A stretch of 63,221 nt of DNA, filler included, from Octopus bimaculoides (GCF_001194135.2; 5 parts of 4 records of this genome joined end to end with filler, not necessarily neighbours in it); one strand, 5' to 3'. Positions 37,161 to 50,498 are shown, counted from the whole stretch's first letter. Notes: a model not told the origin generated them from the sequence alone. Numbers and translations are program-made.

Positions 37161-37398
37161 GCGTGTATATATATATATATAGGCGATTTCCAATCAGAAG
37201 ATGGGTCCAGTGTAATCCGTGGGTAGGAGAGGTGCAGCCGGAGAGTGTAGAGTTCAGAATAAAACAGTCCAGAATGAATAAATCCAGAATGAAAGAAGGT
37301 AGAATCCAGAAGTTCGTGTTTGATGAGTGGAGACAGGATTAGCTGGTGCGATCGCTGACCAAACCATTCAAATTTTTCTCCTTATTTTTCTCCTTATT

Positions 37399-37435
37399 TC
37401 TTTATGTTGAAGAGCGTAGCTCGAAACGTTAAAGA
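37399..37435 (+). ncRNA. Minimal hammerhead-like motif, variant core (repeat family X)
   Basis: tcttt-ATGTTGA-a-gagc(gta)gctc-GAAA-cgtt-aaaga: stem I tcttt/aaaga, stem II gagc/gctc, acgt palindromic stem III; core deviates from CUGAUGA. Confidence 0.4.
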
Positions 37436-37536
37436 CTTTCTATATTGCCGAGCGTTAAACTAATGCATCCTTTTGTTGTTTACACCACCTGTCCTCGTCT
37501 GTTGTTGTTTTTTTTCATAAATTCTCCCATATATAT

Positions 37537-37568
<32 letters not shown>

Positions 37569-37640
37569 TAGACCAAATGAGATAACAAAGCCAAGGCTGT
37601 GAGGCGTTTTCAGGACATTTGTAAGGAAAAAGATATAGAT

Positions 37641-37696
37641 ATAGTCTTACAGCTGTTTCTGAGATAGTATGTATATCTCCCTTCATCAGAGACGAT
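37641..37696 (-). ncRNA. Type I minimal hammerhead ribozyme motif (family Y, left copy)
   Basis: Minus strand: atcgtct-CTGATGA-agg gagata(tacatac)tatctc a-GAAA-cagctg-TA-agactat. Confidence 0.65.
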
Positions 37697-38059
37697 GTGA
37701 GATGGTTTGAATAGAGGTAAATATTTGAGTTCGAAATAAGGAATTATTATGGAAAAGGGGGAGATAGGGAATATAGAGGGAAATAAGAGGATGAAGGGAG
37801 AAATAAGATATAAAATATATAAAGATATTTTAGTTGCAGTTCCATTATTCGAGGAAAGTGATGTATAGAAGTGGTAAAAGGTTTCCTGTACATGGTATGT
37901 AAGTTCCAATAGTAGTTCAAGTTTAGTCATTTCAAAGTATGGAGCCGTAGATTCTGTGTTATTCATTCGAAAGGGTCTTGTGGTGTGAATGAAAATTTGA
38001 GAATGCGTTGGTAGTATTTGTGGATTACTCAAATATTTACATCTATTTAACCATCTCAC

Positions 38060-38113
38060 ATAGTCTCTGACGAAGGGACATCCATAATATCCCAGAAACA
38101 GCTGTAAGACTAT
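38060..38113 (+). ncRNA. Type I minimal hammerhead ribozyme motif (family Y, right copy)
   Basis: atagtct-CTGACGA-a ggga(...)tccc a-GAAA-cagctg-TA-agactat; perfect 7-bp stem I, palindromic acagctgt stem III, GUA cleavage triplet. Confidence 0.7.
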
Positions 38114-38345
38114 ATCTGTATATTTTTCCTTATAAATGTCCTGAAAACTCCTCACAGCCTTGGCTTTGTTATCTCATTTTGTCTAACATATATATATGCA
38201 TGCTAATACAAGACCCACGTTAGACTCCTCACTCGTATCACTATCGAACCAAGAGTTTAACTACGGTCTGTCCATATCACTTACTCAGCGTTATCTGCCG
38301 CTCATTGTGTCTTCTAGATACCAGTACCTCTCATACCCACGCTTA

Positions 38346-38376
<31 letters not shown>

Positions 38377-38595
38377 ATGTGTGTGTCTGTGCTTGCTCCC
38401 CTCACAATCGCTTGACAACCGATAGTGGTGTGTTTACGTCCCCGTAACTTAGCGGTTCGGCAATAGATACCGATACAATAAGTACTGGGCTTACAAAGAA
38501 TAAGTCCTGGGGTCGATTTGTTCAACTAAAAGGAAGTGCTCCAGAATGGCCACAGTCAAATGACTGAAGCAAGTAACAGAATAAGAATAAAAGAA

Positions 38596-38636
<41 letters not shown>

Positions 38637-38724
38637 GAGAATATACAAAAAATAACAACAGACGAGGACAGGTGGTGTAAATAACAAAAGTATATATTAG
38701 TATGACGCTCGGGAATACGGAAAG

Positions 38725-38761
38725 TCTTTGACGTTTCGAGCTACGTTCTTCAACAGAAAGA
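38725..38761 (-). ncRNA. Minimal hammerhead-like motif, CUGUUGA variant (family X, inverted copy)
   Basis: Minus strand: tcttt-CTGTTGA-a-gaac(gta)gctc-GAAA-cgtc-aaaga, GUC triplet. Confidence 0.45.
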
Positions 38762-38827
38762 ATACGGAGACAAGGAGAAAAACACGGAGAAAAAAAATTG
38801 AATAGTGTTCAGTCAACGGTCAATCAT

Positions 38828-38931
<104 letters not shown>

Positions 38932-38960
38932 TGACAGATAGATAGATAGATAGATAGATC

Positions 38961-39008
<48 letters not shown>

Positions 39009-39348
39009 TTGTATTGAAAAGGCCATTGATTCACAGTAACTAGTTATTTCATCAAGGGCAGGTATACACGGCAATTTTCCAACATAAATACAAGAAAATT
39101 GATACCTTACCAATGTATTGAGTTCTCTTTTCCCTTGAGGTAGCCTTAGTACATTATACTTTCACACGTGTGTACATTACAAAAGTTCAAATAATCCGAT
39201 TCACCTACTTTACCTTTCAGGTGTCCCACTGACGCTTTTGGGCGTTGACTACGAGTTGTGTGAAAAAGACTGAACGGCGGTAGGGCTGGCTGTTTGACTG
39301 TACGTAACCATGATCGTTACCACTAGCAGCATCTTTATAATTAACACC

Positions 39349-39384
<36 letters not shown>

Positions 39385-39496
39385 GTCATCAGCATCTTTA
39401 TAAATGCCACCACCACAACTGCTACCATCACTAATTTATGTACAGCTACGAATAGATTTAGGCTCATATGAAGACGACACAGTCGAAAACTAGTAA

Positions 39497-39886
39497 TGTG
39501 GAGGCGTAATGGCCCAGTGGTTAGGGCAGCAGACTCGCGGTCGTAAGATCGTGGTTTCCATTCCCAGACCGGTCGTTGTGAGTGTTTACTGAGCGAAAAT
39601 ACCTAAAGCTTCACGAGGTTCCCTCAGGGGCTGGTAGTGAATCCTGCTGTACTCTTTCACCACAACTTTCTCTCACTCTTACTTCCTGTTTCTGTTGTAC
39701 CTGTAATTCAAAGGGTCAGCCTTGTCACATTCTGTGTCACGCTGAATATCCTCGAGAACTACGTTAAGGGTACACGTGTCTGTGGAGTGCTCAGCCACTT
39801 GCACGTTAATTTCACGAGCAGGCTGTTTCGTTGATCGGATCAACTGGAACCCTCGACGTCGTAACCGACGAAGTGCCACGACGACT
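39497..39886 (+). mobile_element. Full-length SINE family B with about 10-bp TSD
   Basis: actagtaatg on both flanks. Confidence 0.9.
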
Positions 39887-39989
39887 AGTAATGGCATACC
39901 TCAACGTAAGACTGTTCGAGATACGTCTTTTTCGACTTTACGTTCTTTTGGGGTGTTTAAGAAATTAAATAGAAAAAATAAACTTCATT

Positions 39990-40325
39990 TTCAGTCGATT
40001 TGTCCGACTTTAGAGCTTCGGGCTCACAATCATGAAGTAGTAAGTTCGATTCACAGAGCGGGTTGTATGTTGTGTTCTTGGGCAAAACACTTTATTTCAC
40101 ATTGCTCCAGTTCACGCAACTGTAGAAATGAGTTGCGACGTCACTGGTGCCAAGCGGTGTCAGCTTTTGCCTTTCTCTTGGATAACATCAGTGGCGTGGA
40201 GACTGGTATGCAAGGACGACAGCTAGTCTTACATGAACAACCTTACTCAGACTTGTGCTTTAGAAGGGAACTTTCTAAGTGCAATCCCAGGGTCATTCAT
40301 AACCAAAGGGGGTCTTTACCCTTTT
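39990..40325 (+). mobile_element. CORE-type tRNA SINE (another family)
   Basis: tRNA-like head, tgtgttcttgggcaaaacactttatttcacattgctccag; related pieces at 46260-46470, 49420-49560, 57745-57860. Confidence 0.65.
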
Positions 40326-40807
40326 TACAATTTCTGTAGCACTGGCACCTTCGGTTTCATTAGCGGATTCCTCTATAGCGTTGAAGCTAGGACTCCAGCT
40401 TCAGAATAACGTTGTCCCTCCCTTCCTCTCACAAGTCCCTGATATGTCCTGTAAAGAGTTTCTTTTATCCGACTTCACGTCGGTCTCAGCAAACATTTAA
40501 AAGCATGAATTTAAAAAGGTCTAAAGATTATTACTGAAGTGAAAAATCGAATAAAGTACATGTGAAAATAATTACAAACCCTTTATTAATACGGACATAA
40601 TTGTTCATCTTTTATTTGTATCAGTATTGGCCGAATGAATGGATCCCTGTACTTACTTTTTAAGCCTTCTACTTCTTTCATTGGTCTGTTTTGCTCAACC
40701 GTTAAGTTAAAGGAACTTAAACCCAACAGCACTGGTTATCAAGTAGTGGTGGGGAAAATACAAACATAGATACATATACACACACACATACGCATATGAA
40801 TATATGT

Positions 40808-40846
<39 letters not shown>

Positions 40847-40873
40847 TAAGTATATGTAATTATATATATGTAT

Positions 40874-40906
<33 letters not shown>

Positions 40907-40908
40907 TA

Positions 40909-41008
40909 NNNNNNNNNNNNNNNNNNNNNNNNNNNNNNNNNNNNNNNNNNNNTTAATTAATTAANNNNNNNNNNNNNNNNNNNNNNNNNNNNNNNNNNNN
41001 NNNNNNNN
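40909..41008. other. Artificial scaffold-joining spacer
   Basis: 44N-TTAATTAATTAA(40953-40964)-44N. Confidence 0.95.
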
Positions 41009-43834
41009 GCCAGCGATAGATCGGGGCTTGTGGGGTCGGAGCGTGGCCTGATCATCGCTTCATTTGTGTTGTCTAACGTACTGTTAATATCATTCGATTT
41101 TTTATATTTTATAAAATTTTTAAAGTCATATTTATGTAAACCATTCGCATTACTGATCCCAATCAGTTGTTTTGTACCATTCTATGTTTGGCCCCCTGTG
41201 AGCAATAAAGAAATTGGTATTTCGTCTGCTGCTACGTTCTGAGTTCAAATTCCGCCGAGGTCAACTTTGCCTTGCATCCTTTCGGGGTCGATTAAATAAG
41301 TACCAGCTACGCACTGGGGTCGATGTAATCGACTTAATCCCTTTGTCTATCCTTGTTTGTCCCCTCTGTGTTTAGCTCCTCCTGTGGGCAATAAAGAATT
41401 AAATATCTCGTACCGTGTTTGTGTCTGGTAACCATTTTCAATGAGCAAATATGGCCAGCACATGTTAGTAAAATTTATAAAAACAAATCTTTTTTCTTTC
41501 TACTTGATGGTAGAACTATACTCCTTTTTAGCAAGTATTCCAACGGTGACTTCAGTTGGTAATGAGTACAGCCGTGTCTCGAGAAGACAAGGAAACACTT
41601 TTTACACGAGAGTCAACAATAAAATAATAATAACAATATTTCTAATTTAGGTACAAGACCAGCGATTTTGAGGGATGGTATTAACCAATAGCATCAACCC
41701 CAGGATTAGATAGGTCCTTTATTTTATCGACCCCTAAAAGGATGAAAAGTAAAGTTGACTTCGGTGGATCGATCAAGACGCAATGTTTAGGGCGTCGGAA
41801 AGGTTACCTTATAGTGTTTTGGCTCTTTGTTTTGAGCTCAAATTCTGCAGAAGACAACTTTGTTTTTTATCCCTCCGGGGTCGATAAATTAAAGTGCCAG
41901 TGAAGTACGGGAATCGTTGGTATCGAGTTTCTTCTTTCCTTCAGAGTCGTTGGCCTTGTGCCTAAATTAAAAACAGTTAGTTGTTACTTTTTCTTCAAAG
42001 AAACGTCAAACGAAGAAAAAATATCAATGTTAACTAAATAAAATGGCCCCAATTAAAGAAATAATATATAGATACAAAACTAATAACTATATCCTTGAAG
42101 AAAAAGTTAATTTACATATTGTACAACTGAGGTTTCTCGCCACTTTGGGTTACCAAAGCGGATATATCAGCACAAAGTTTTATTGTGAACAGTGGAAAGC
42201 AGTATTACTCCACGGATTCAAGAGCACAAAAACTCTCCTTATGCCGCGCGAGAAGTGGAGACACTTATTGTAAAAGATGGCTTTTCATATTTTTAAAATT
42301 TTTATTCAAATATCTCTTAAATATCTCTTTACAGAGCCAGAATCAAACACTTTTGGAGGTGGATCTGAAAACTGTACCTGCAGGAGATTCTGAAAAGTAT
42401 TGCAGAAGCAGAAAATACCAATTCTTTTTTCTTTCTTTTTTTTTTATCCCTGGCCAGACGATTTCATATTTATCAAGATAAAATTTATTGCTAAACATAT
42501 CGGATCCTTGTTCACCATTTGTGCTTAATTACAAAAAATCTAAAAGCCTTATGACCAAATATTTTTAACGATGTAACGGAATATATTATTATTTCAAATT
42601 ATATTTCGTCCTGAATTCAACTTTAATTTTCAAGGAATTTATCAAAGACCGTTGATACGCTTGGGAGATAAAAACGGAAAGTGTATTAATTTAGTATAGA
42701 ATGTTCAAAAAACAATTTAACCAGTTAGAGATATTTTGCAAAGTTCGGGAGCAACATTGGAGTACTGTTCGTATACCTGGTATGCTGTTACTGCTATACA
42801 TACAAAGGTTATTGATCTTCGATTCGACTGATTACCAGACAATCATTCACTACAGCTTCGAGCTCTGGTTAACTGACAAAAATCAAATCGCAAGAAACTT
42901 TTCAACCACTGGTTCAAAGACATCTGATTGATTGACTAATATTCAATCATCAACACATTTCAATTACAAGCTTATAGACGAGTTATTTTTTTCATTCTGT
43001 ATGCCTGATCTCCAAACTTCTCTCTAAACACACCGTTGCCATTTCATTCCCAGAACGACAACACATCTTCCAGAAGTTTCTCACTGTTTACATATTACTC
43101 TGAAAAGGTCATAAACAACTTCTTTTCACAGATTTAATAATAATAATAATAATAATAATAATGATGATGATGATGATGATGACAACAACAATCTGAGCCA
43201 AAAGGGAGCCTATAGTCGCTCTACCAATGAGAAATAACCGAACCATCTTTAAAAAATGACACTGTTCCAAAAATACTAAATGCGAAAACATAACATACAA
43301 AAAAATTAAAACAGACAGATGATAACGTATTGAACGATCTTTATTTGCTGGATCTAGACTGACCTTCGGCTTAAACATCAATAATTTGGTGTCCATCTCA
43401 GTTCTGTTAAGTTCTATGGTGTTCGCCACATTTATGTAGACAAATAAAGGGGAAATATCTATTGCAAGTGACGCACACAGGAGTTCTGCTTTTAATGGAA
43501 TGAAGAATTTCGGTGTCCAGTAATGCAAAAATCTCAATTCTTCTATCTCCGTATCAATTTAAAAACATCGCAATTTTGAATAAGCTATAGATTTACGTCA
43601 ATATTTTTATTCTAATTATCTAAATTTAATATTGGAGACCTTTTAAGACACATATTATAGCACCATCGACTTCAAAATTGCTTGGGATACATCTAGACAC
43701 ACAACATTAAAATTTCTAAAGCCATTTTAAATATTATCTACAAAATTTTTCAAATGAAGAGCAAGATCAAATCGATACAATATAAATATCAATACACGAT
43801 ACAGTGTTTATAAAAATAACAACAACAACAAATA

Positions 43835-43982
43835 ATGGCTTCTATTGATGAGCATATCAAGTCATATACGATTTCCATATTAATTATCTTCATGATATGC
43901 CAATTTCTGTTGGCAATTCTAGCATCTCAAACAACTCCTGTTGGAAGACTCCCTTTCAGTTTCACGCAGGCGATAATTCAGA
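43835..43982 (+). CDS. GCNT: GCNT-like gene, first coding exon: cytoplasmic tail and type II signal anchor (MASIDEHIKSYTISILIIFMICQFLLAILASQTTPVGRLPFSFTQAIIQ)
   Basis: ATG-initiated frame with one hydrophobic helix and a gtaagt donor in phase 1, matching the phase-1 start of the catalytic exon; too short for the ORF track. Confidence 0.7.
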
Positions 43983-44055
43983 GTAAGTACATAGCCTCAT
44001 ATTTTATGTGAATTTGACATGTAAGCCCAATGTAAAACGCACGCACCCCTCCCCA

Positions 44056-44113
<58 letters not shown>

Positions 44114-44519
44114 TCACTCTCACACGCGCATACTCTCACACACACAAAACACACACGCGTACTTTCACACACGCGCAACACACACAAAACACACGCACAC
44201 ACACATACACACATACACACAACACACACAAAACATACGCGCATACTCACACACAAAACATACACGCATACTAACACACACATGCATACTCACATACACA
44301 ACACATAAAACACACACGCATACTAACGCATACTCATACAACACACATACTCACACAAAAGACACACGCATTCTCATACACACATACACACAGTACACAC
44401 TCACACACAATACACACACAAAGCATTCACACACACCACACAGACAAGACACATATTTAAGAAGCTAGACGTCAGGTTTATTTAGCTAGGGCTGTGGTAG
44501 ATAGGAAAACGTTTGCCTA

Positions 44520-45900
44520 TGTCCTACAGCGTGAAGATCAGACTTGAGATGTCCCGGATTGCTACACAGTATGTCAGAGAGAATCGAGATGCTGTGGCAG
44601 AGGTGTGAGCACGGATGGATAATGGTATGCTTGTACTTAGTGATTCTGACAAGAAAGAAGCATGGAAGAGTTGCTATACAAGGCTATTAAATGTGGAGAA
44701 TGAATATGATGAAAGGAATCTCCCTCGTTTGAGCCTAACAAAGGAACCATCTATCCTAATATGGTAGATAAGGCAATTAAAGATATGAAAACAGGGAAAG
44801 CCTCTGGACCATCTGGAGTCACTGCTGAGACCCTCAAAATATCTGGTAGGGTAGGATACGGGTTAGTCGCTCGCATCGTTAATCAGGTTAATCAGGAGGG
44901 CATAATACCTAGTGACTGGTGTAGCAGAATTATAGTTAGCTGCTACGAGAGTAACGGAAATACCTTAGATAGAAGCAATTATAGAGGCATCAAACTACTG
45001 GACCAGGTGACGAAAATGATGGAGAAAATGACGAAAATTAATTAGGGGTAGAATTAGGCTAGATGAAATGAAGTTTGGCTTTGCCCCAGGAAGAAGCACT
45101 ACTGATGCTATTTTCATAGTCAGGCAACTGCAAGAGAAGTATTTAGGTAAGAACAAACTGTTATATTTGGCATTTGTTGATCTAGAGAAAGCCTTCGGGA
45201 GAATACTCCGCTGTGTGATATGGTGGGCTCTGAGGGGGCTAGGAGTAGACGAGTGGCTTGTGAAAGCTGTACAGTATGATGAGCGTTAACCACAAGTATA
45301 GTAAAAAATTTGGTGTACAGGCAGACGTTCATCAAGATTCAGTCCTCAGTCCCCTCCTTTTTGTCATTGTCCTCCAAGTCATAACAGAGGAATTCAAAAC
45401 TGGTAAGCCCTAGAAAGTGCTATATGCTAATGATCTTACCCTCATAGCCAATTCTATATCAGTGCTAAAAAACAAATTCCAGGTGTGGAAGCAAAACCTG
45501 GAATTTAAGGGCTTTAAGGTTAACTTACGAAGGACTAAAGATTTTCGTAGGCAAGAAAACCGGCAGGACCCTACCCTCTTCAGCTAAATGGCCCTGCTCA
45601 ATTTGTAGGAAAGGTGTAGGTAGTAATTCCATACGATGTACCCAGTGCAAGTTATGGACGCATAAGAGGTGCAATGAAATAATAGAAAGGTTATCAGAGA
45701 AAGTAGTGTACATATGTAGGAGATGCATAGGAGCCATAAAAACTACAGATATTCGAAAAAATGATTTTTTCAAATGCCCCGGATGCCTTTTAGAGATAAT
45801 GAATAATTTCTGCTACCGCTACCTAGGGGGACAAATTAATAGTGGGATAGGATGTGGGAAATGTGTAATAGCTAGAATAAGAACAGGGTGGAAAAATTCA
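44520..45900 (+). mobile_element. Degenerate RTE-clade LINE ORF2 fragment in GCNT intron 1
   Basis: KAIKDMKTGKASGPSG, NYRGIKLL, FGFAPGRSTTDAIFIVRQLQEKY, AFVDLEKAF, HQDSVLSPLLF, LYANDL, then Cys/His-rich WPCSICRKGVGSNSIRCTQCKLWTHKRC. Confidence 0.9.
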
Positions 45901-46479
45901 GGTAGCTTACGGAAAACTTTACCAACTCCAGATCGTGTGTGGTCCGAGTGTTTGTGACGGTGTCAACTACTGTAAAATCACAAAAGATATGATGTTAGTG
46001 TTAAATCGAGTTGCACGTTAGACCTAGCACTCACTGCAAACTACTTCAGTGCATCCGTCATAACTGAAGTGCCGGGTCTCTACCAGTCTTCCACTGTGAG
46101 GCAGCGTTTTCAACCAAAGTCTTGTGAATAAAAGTGGTAAATGAGAATCAAGAGACCGTAGCCATCACTTGAAAGCGAGAATGATTCAGTAGAGTAATAG
46201 GAACTATGTTTTCGCTAATTGTTTTCCTATGTAAACATAAACACGCGAGCAGATATAGATACCCTCTTACCTCTTCCACCCGAGCGAGGATGTAGCAGCT
46301 GGGGAGAGGGAAGGCTGCACCGGCACATGACAAGTTCTCACTTTCAGTTGAATAAAATGGAGCAGTATGAAATGAAGTTACTTGCTTAAGGATGACAATC
46401 ATTGCTCGGACCAAGAATCGAACCCACAACCTTATGATAGTGAGCCCAACATCTTAACCGCGAGCCAATGTAAGGATGA

Positions 46480-46538
<59 letters not shown>

Positions 46539-47927
46539 AATGCTTTTACTTCAGACAGCTGTAAAAAAATCTACTCTCATCTCTCCACCTGCTAGGTATT
46601 ACAAGTGTAAGGCTTAGATTTCATGCCTCATGCGGCTTTTTTTAAGGACCTAATATTTAGATATCTTGCACTTAAATGTGTACTTCATATTGCACATCTA
46701 ATTTAATTCAAAAAGCGCTTGTTATTTTTTGTAGGCTCAAAACCAGCCGTGACAGGACGACTGTGACATGGATACTGAAAAATGCTTGTATCTTAAAATC
46801 CAGAGCAGAAACTCATTTTCACTCTTCAAACTTTCACATCCTACGAACCCAGACACGTTATCCGGATCTTTTCCTTTTGGCCGGCACATATAAAAAATAA
46901 TTTTTTGTAGCTAAACACTTTCAAATTTCGTATACTGGTAGAATGTGTCATTCAAAGCATCATTTACTCTTGGCGTTTTTAAGAAAATTCTTTATTTTCG
47001 AAGTTATTTCGTGTTAAAGTTGTCATGTTTCGGTTATTTCAACCAATCAATGACGTCTATTGAGGTCTTGTTGACAAACCACAGCAGTAATTGTTTTCAC
47101 CTCAAGTTATCTCGAATGTTGTCCGGTCATTCTGCTGATGATAGTCCGACCTTTTGTGAGATATATAATTTTTATCTTACTAAAATTGACTTGAAACCAT
47201 GGTACAGAATATAGATTGGTAAATGTTTTTATTTTTCATTCCCTTTCGAAATTATCCCTACTCTTTGTGGTATGTAGTCTTGCTGCTATTTCTAGCGGGT
47301 TAGATGTCCTATTACAGGCATCTCTGTATTTTAAATGAATAATACATAGTCTATTGACTGTTTTTTTTTACCCTCGCTAGACCACTGGTGGTAAATAAAA
47401 TTTGTAAAAGAAGTTTTTTGCTACCCTGTATTTTATTAATATATATATATATATATAAACAAATAGTAAATGAGTATATGCATATATACGTACAGGTATG
47501 TGCATACCGACATCCACCTGTATGTATAGGTGCATATATGGGTACAGGACATTGCAAACAAAACGTAGACGAGAAAACACACAAGCCACATAGAGAACAT
47601 TCTTCTTCATCAGCTACCCCCGTTTTAACACCGGCGTATATATATATATATATAGGGAGAATTCACGAAAAAACAACAGACGAAGACATGTGGTGTAAAC
47701 AACAAATGGATGTATTAGTATAACGCTCGGGTATATATATATGAAATACACGTGTGTGTGTGTGTGTGTGTGTGCAGACAGCCGGCCAGCCAGGCAGGCA
47801 GGCAGGCAGGCAGACAGACAGACAGACAGACAGACAGATTGATAGATAGATTGATATATTTATATGTATGCATATGTATATATACACTCATATCTAATGC
47901 TTCATTTCCCTTTCTGTTTCTTTGTAG

Positions 47928-48818
47928 ATGATTTCACTTACAAAACGAATGACATTGACTGTGATAAAGTAATTTCGGTTGATGAAAAGGAAATAAAACG
48001 TTCTTTAAAATTTGACAAAAGATACGAGGCGATTACATTAAAGACTTACATGAATTGGACTCTTAACTGTGAGAAATTCCGACAGGTGCGTCATTACGAC
48101 AAATACATCGTGAGCGTGGCTGAGAAAGAATTTCCCATCGCCTACTCCATTGTGTTTCACAAAGACTTGGAACAATTAGAAAGGTTACTCCGTAGTATCT
48201 ATCGCCGACACAATGTCTATTGCTTGCATGTGGACAAGAAAGCCAATAAGGAATTCATGTTAGCGGTTAAGGCTCTTGCAAACTGTTTCGATAATGTATT
48301 TATAGCATCTAAACTTGAAACTGTTGTTTATGCTTCAATGAGTCGACTTCAGGCTGACTTTAACTGCATGCAGGATTTGTTGAAAACCAAAACGCAGTGG
48401 AAATATCTTATCAACCTTTGTGGTCAAAGCTTTCCATTAAAAACTAATTCCGAAATAGTGAAAATCCTGAAGATATACAATGGTTCTAATGATATAGAAG
48501 GATTGACAAATGAACATGCATTACTGGGTCGTGCCAAATTCAAACACAAGATAATCAAAAAGAGCAAAACACGGGATGAACTTATATTGGTCAAAACGAA
48601 AATACGTCAGCCGGATCCACCTCATAAAATCCGTCTAGTTAAAGGTAGTGCATACGGAGTGTTTTCCAGGGATTTCGTGTACTATGTGAGCACTAGCAAT
48701 ATATCCAAGAATTTTCAGAAATGGGTCGCCGATGTTTACAGCCCTGATGAGTTCTTCTGGTCAACATTACATCATGCTGCTTTCAACCCGCATCTTAATG
48801 TTCCTGGATCCTACAGTG
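47928..48818 (+). CDS. GCNT: Core-2/I-branching beta-1,6-N-acetylglucosaminyltransferase (GT14), main catalytic exon
   Basis: EFPIAYSIVFHKD..LERLLRSIY..HNVYCLHVDKK, SRLQADFNCM.DLL, WKYLINLCG..FPLKTN, KGSAY, YSPDEFFW; tttctttgtag acceptor, gtaaga donor; the paralogue (GCNT1/2/3/4) cannot be resolved by eye. Confidence 0.95.
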
Positions 48819-50498
48819 GTAAGACATGCTGTTTACTTTCCCATGTGAGAAATTTGGATGAAACTTATTGCGAATCCTTACCGTTTTATCATAATATAGA
48901 TTTATGTATCCTGTGTCTATTTACAGTTGATATTTGAAGGCTAGAAGTCCCTAACTGGAAACAGTTTCATAAATATTAGTTATTGTGTAAATGTGAGTGA
49001 CTTAATGAGATAATGTGGGATAGTACACCCGGGGCTTTATTTTGCCTCACAGATAAGTAGCATCGATTGTAATTAATGATAAATTCAAACATCTGTAGGT
49101 AGGTGTATGTATAAATGAGAAGGAACGTAATTTTAGTGGGTTGCAGTTTTGAAAAATGAATGGAGGATGTGTTTACCACGAATTATAAAAGGTTAGAATA
49201 GTAAGTTTGATGAGAAGAGAAACTGATATGTGCATCGATGTGGCTTTTATTTAGGCTTTATTTTTTAAGGCTCAGTGACTGCTCAAGGCTTATCAATAAA
49301 GCCTAGTCTTTGAGAAGACACAGACTGGGCCAAGAAAAGTATTGAAAATATTAGAATATATTCGATACTAGCAAAACCTTTACAAAAATTCACATGTGCA
49401 TTCTATCTCAAGAGATCATAACCTAGTGGTTAGGGTATTGGGCTCTGAGTCATAAGTTCACGGGTTCGGTTCCTGGGCTGGACGGTGCGTTGCGTCCCCA
49501 ATCAAGAGGCTTCATTTCACATTGCTTCATTCTTCTCAATTGAAATGAGTATTAATCGTGTGCTTGTGCAGCCCTCTCTTCCTATATATTGATCCCAAAC
49601 GATTTGTTCATGAGTACTCAACAGTAAACAGTGATTCATACAAAGTGAATACTGAAGAATGGAACTAACAGTTTCAAGCCCTAATTATCTATACGAGAAA
49701 GTGCCCATCTCTCTCTTTATATGCGTTTGTGACTGTGTGTGACTGTGTGTGTGACTGTGTGTGCGTGTGCGTGCATTTGTGATGAGTTCGAGCATAATTA
49801 CAATCACAAAAATTTGTTTTGTTCTAATACAACTTTAAGTGTTATATTCCAGAACATTCTAACTAGTATCAAGAACAGAAGGGCCACGATAACATGTTAC
49901 TTATATGTTAGTTACCATTTCTATACAATATTCATTAATTCATATCCACGTGATTTATCGATCTATTAGATTGTCTGTTTCTAGGCTCGTGTACTTGTCT
50001 GTTAGCGAAATTATATGTATACGTGTATAAAGTATGTATAGACCCTTACACACGTGTGTGTGAGAAAAAGACTGAGAGAAAAAGAGTGTGTGAGAGAGAG
50101 AAAGAGAGTGAAAGAAAGCAGTAGATGGCTATTTTGATTAAATTGTATCTCAGTGGAGTGCACTGGATTTTTAATCAGTCGGACGGTTGAGTTATTCGCA
50201 ACATCGGTGGCTAGCTGTGATTGCGCACCAATGAAAAGGTCCCAAAAGGCTGAAATGAATTTGGCGCTCTCGTCGGCTATTGCTGGGACGAATTTTGGTT
50301 TGTCACTGATATTTATTGTGTTTTTGACACAAGTCCATATGAGATTTTATCTCAGGACAAATACTGAAATAACTGGCATATCGACAGTCTGTATTAAGCA
50401 TGATACGTAGATGTCTCTCTCTCTCTCTCTCTCGTGTACGCGCACGTGTATTTATGTATGAAGGTGTGTATCAACATGTATTTATATCTCTCTTTCAG

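Noticed and set aside
37610-38155. 181-aa ORF between the hammerhead-bearing inverted repeats as an encoded protein
   Set aside because: Low-complexity F/I/L/S/P-rich, starts and ends inside the repeats, and has no recognisable domain
39035-39260. Possible plus-strand exons giving YFIKGRCPTDAFGR* or GVPLTLLGVDYELCEKD*
   Set aside because: Several competing frames and strands, no upstream exons, no recognisable homology
43109-43537. 142-aa minus-strand ORF resembling GPCR TM6-7 or an hAT fragment
   Set aside because: No NPxxY or hAT dimerisation motif, runs into an (ATT)n microsatellite, no supporting splice sites
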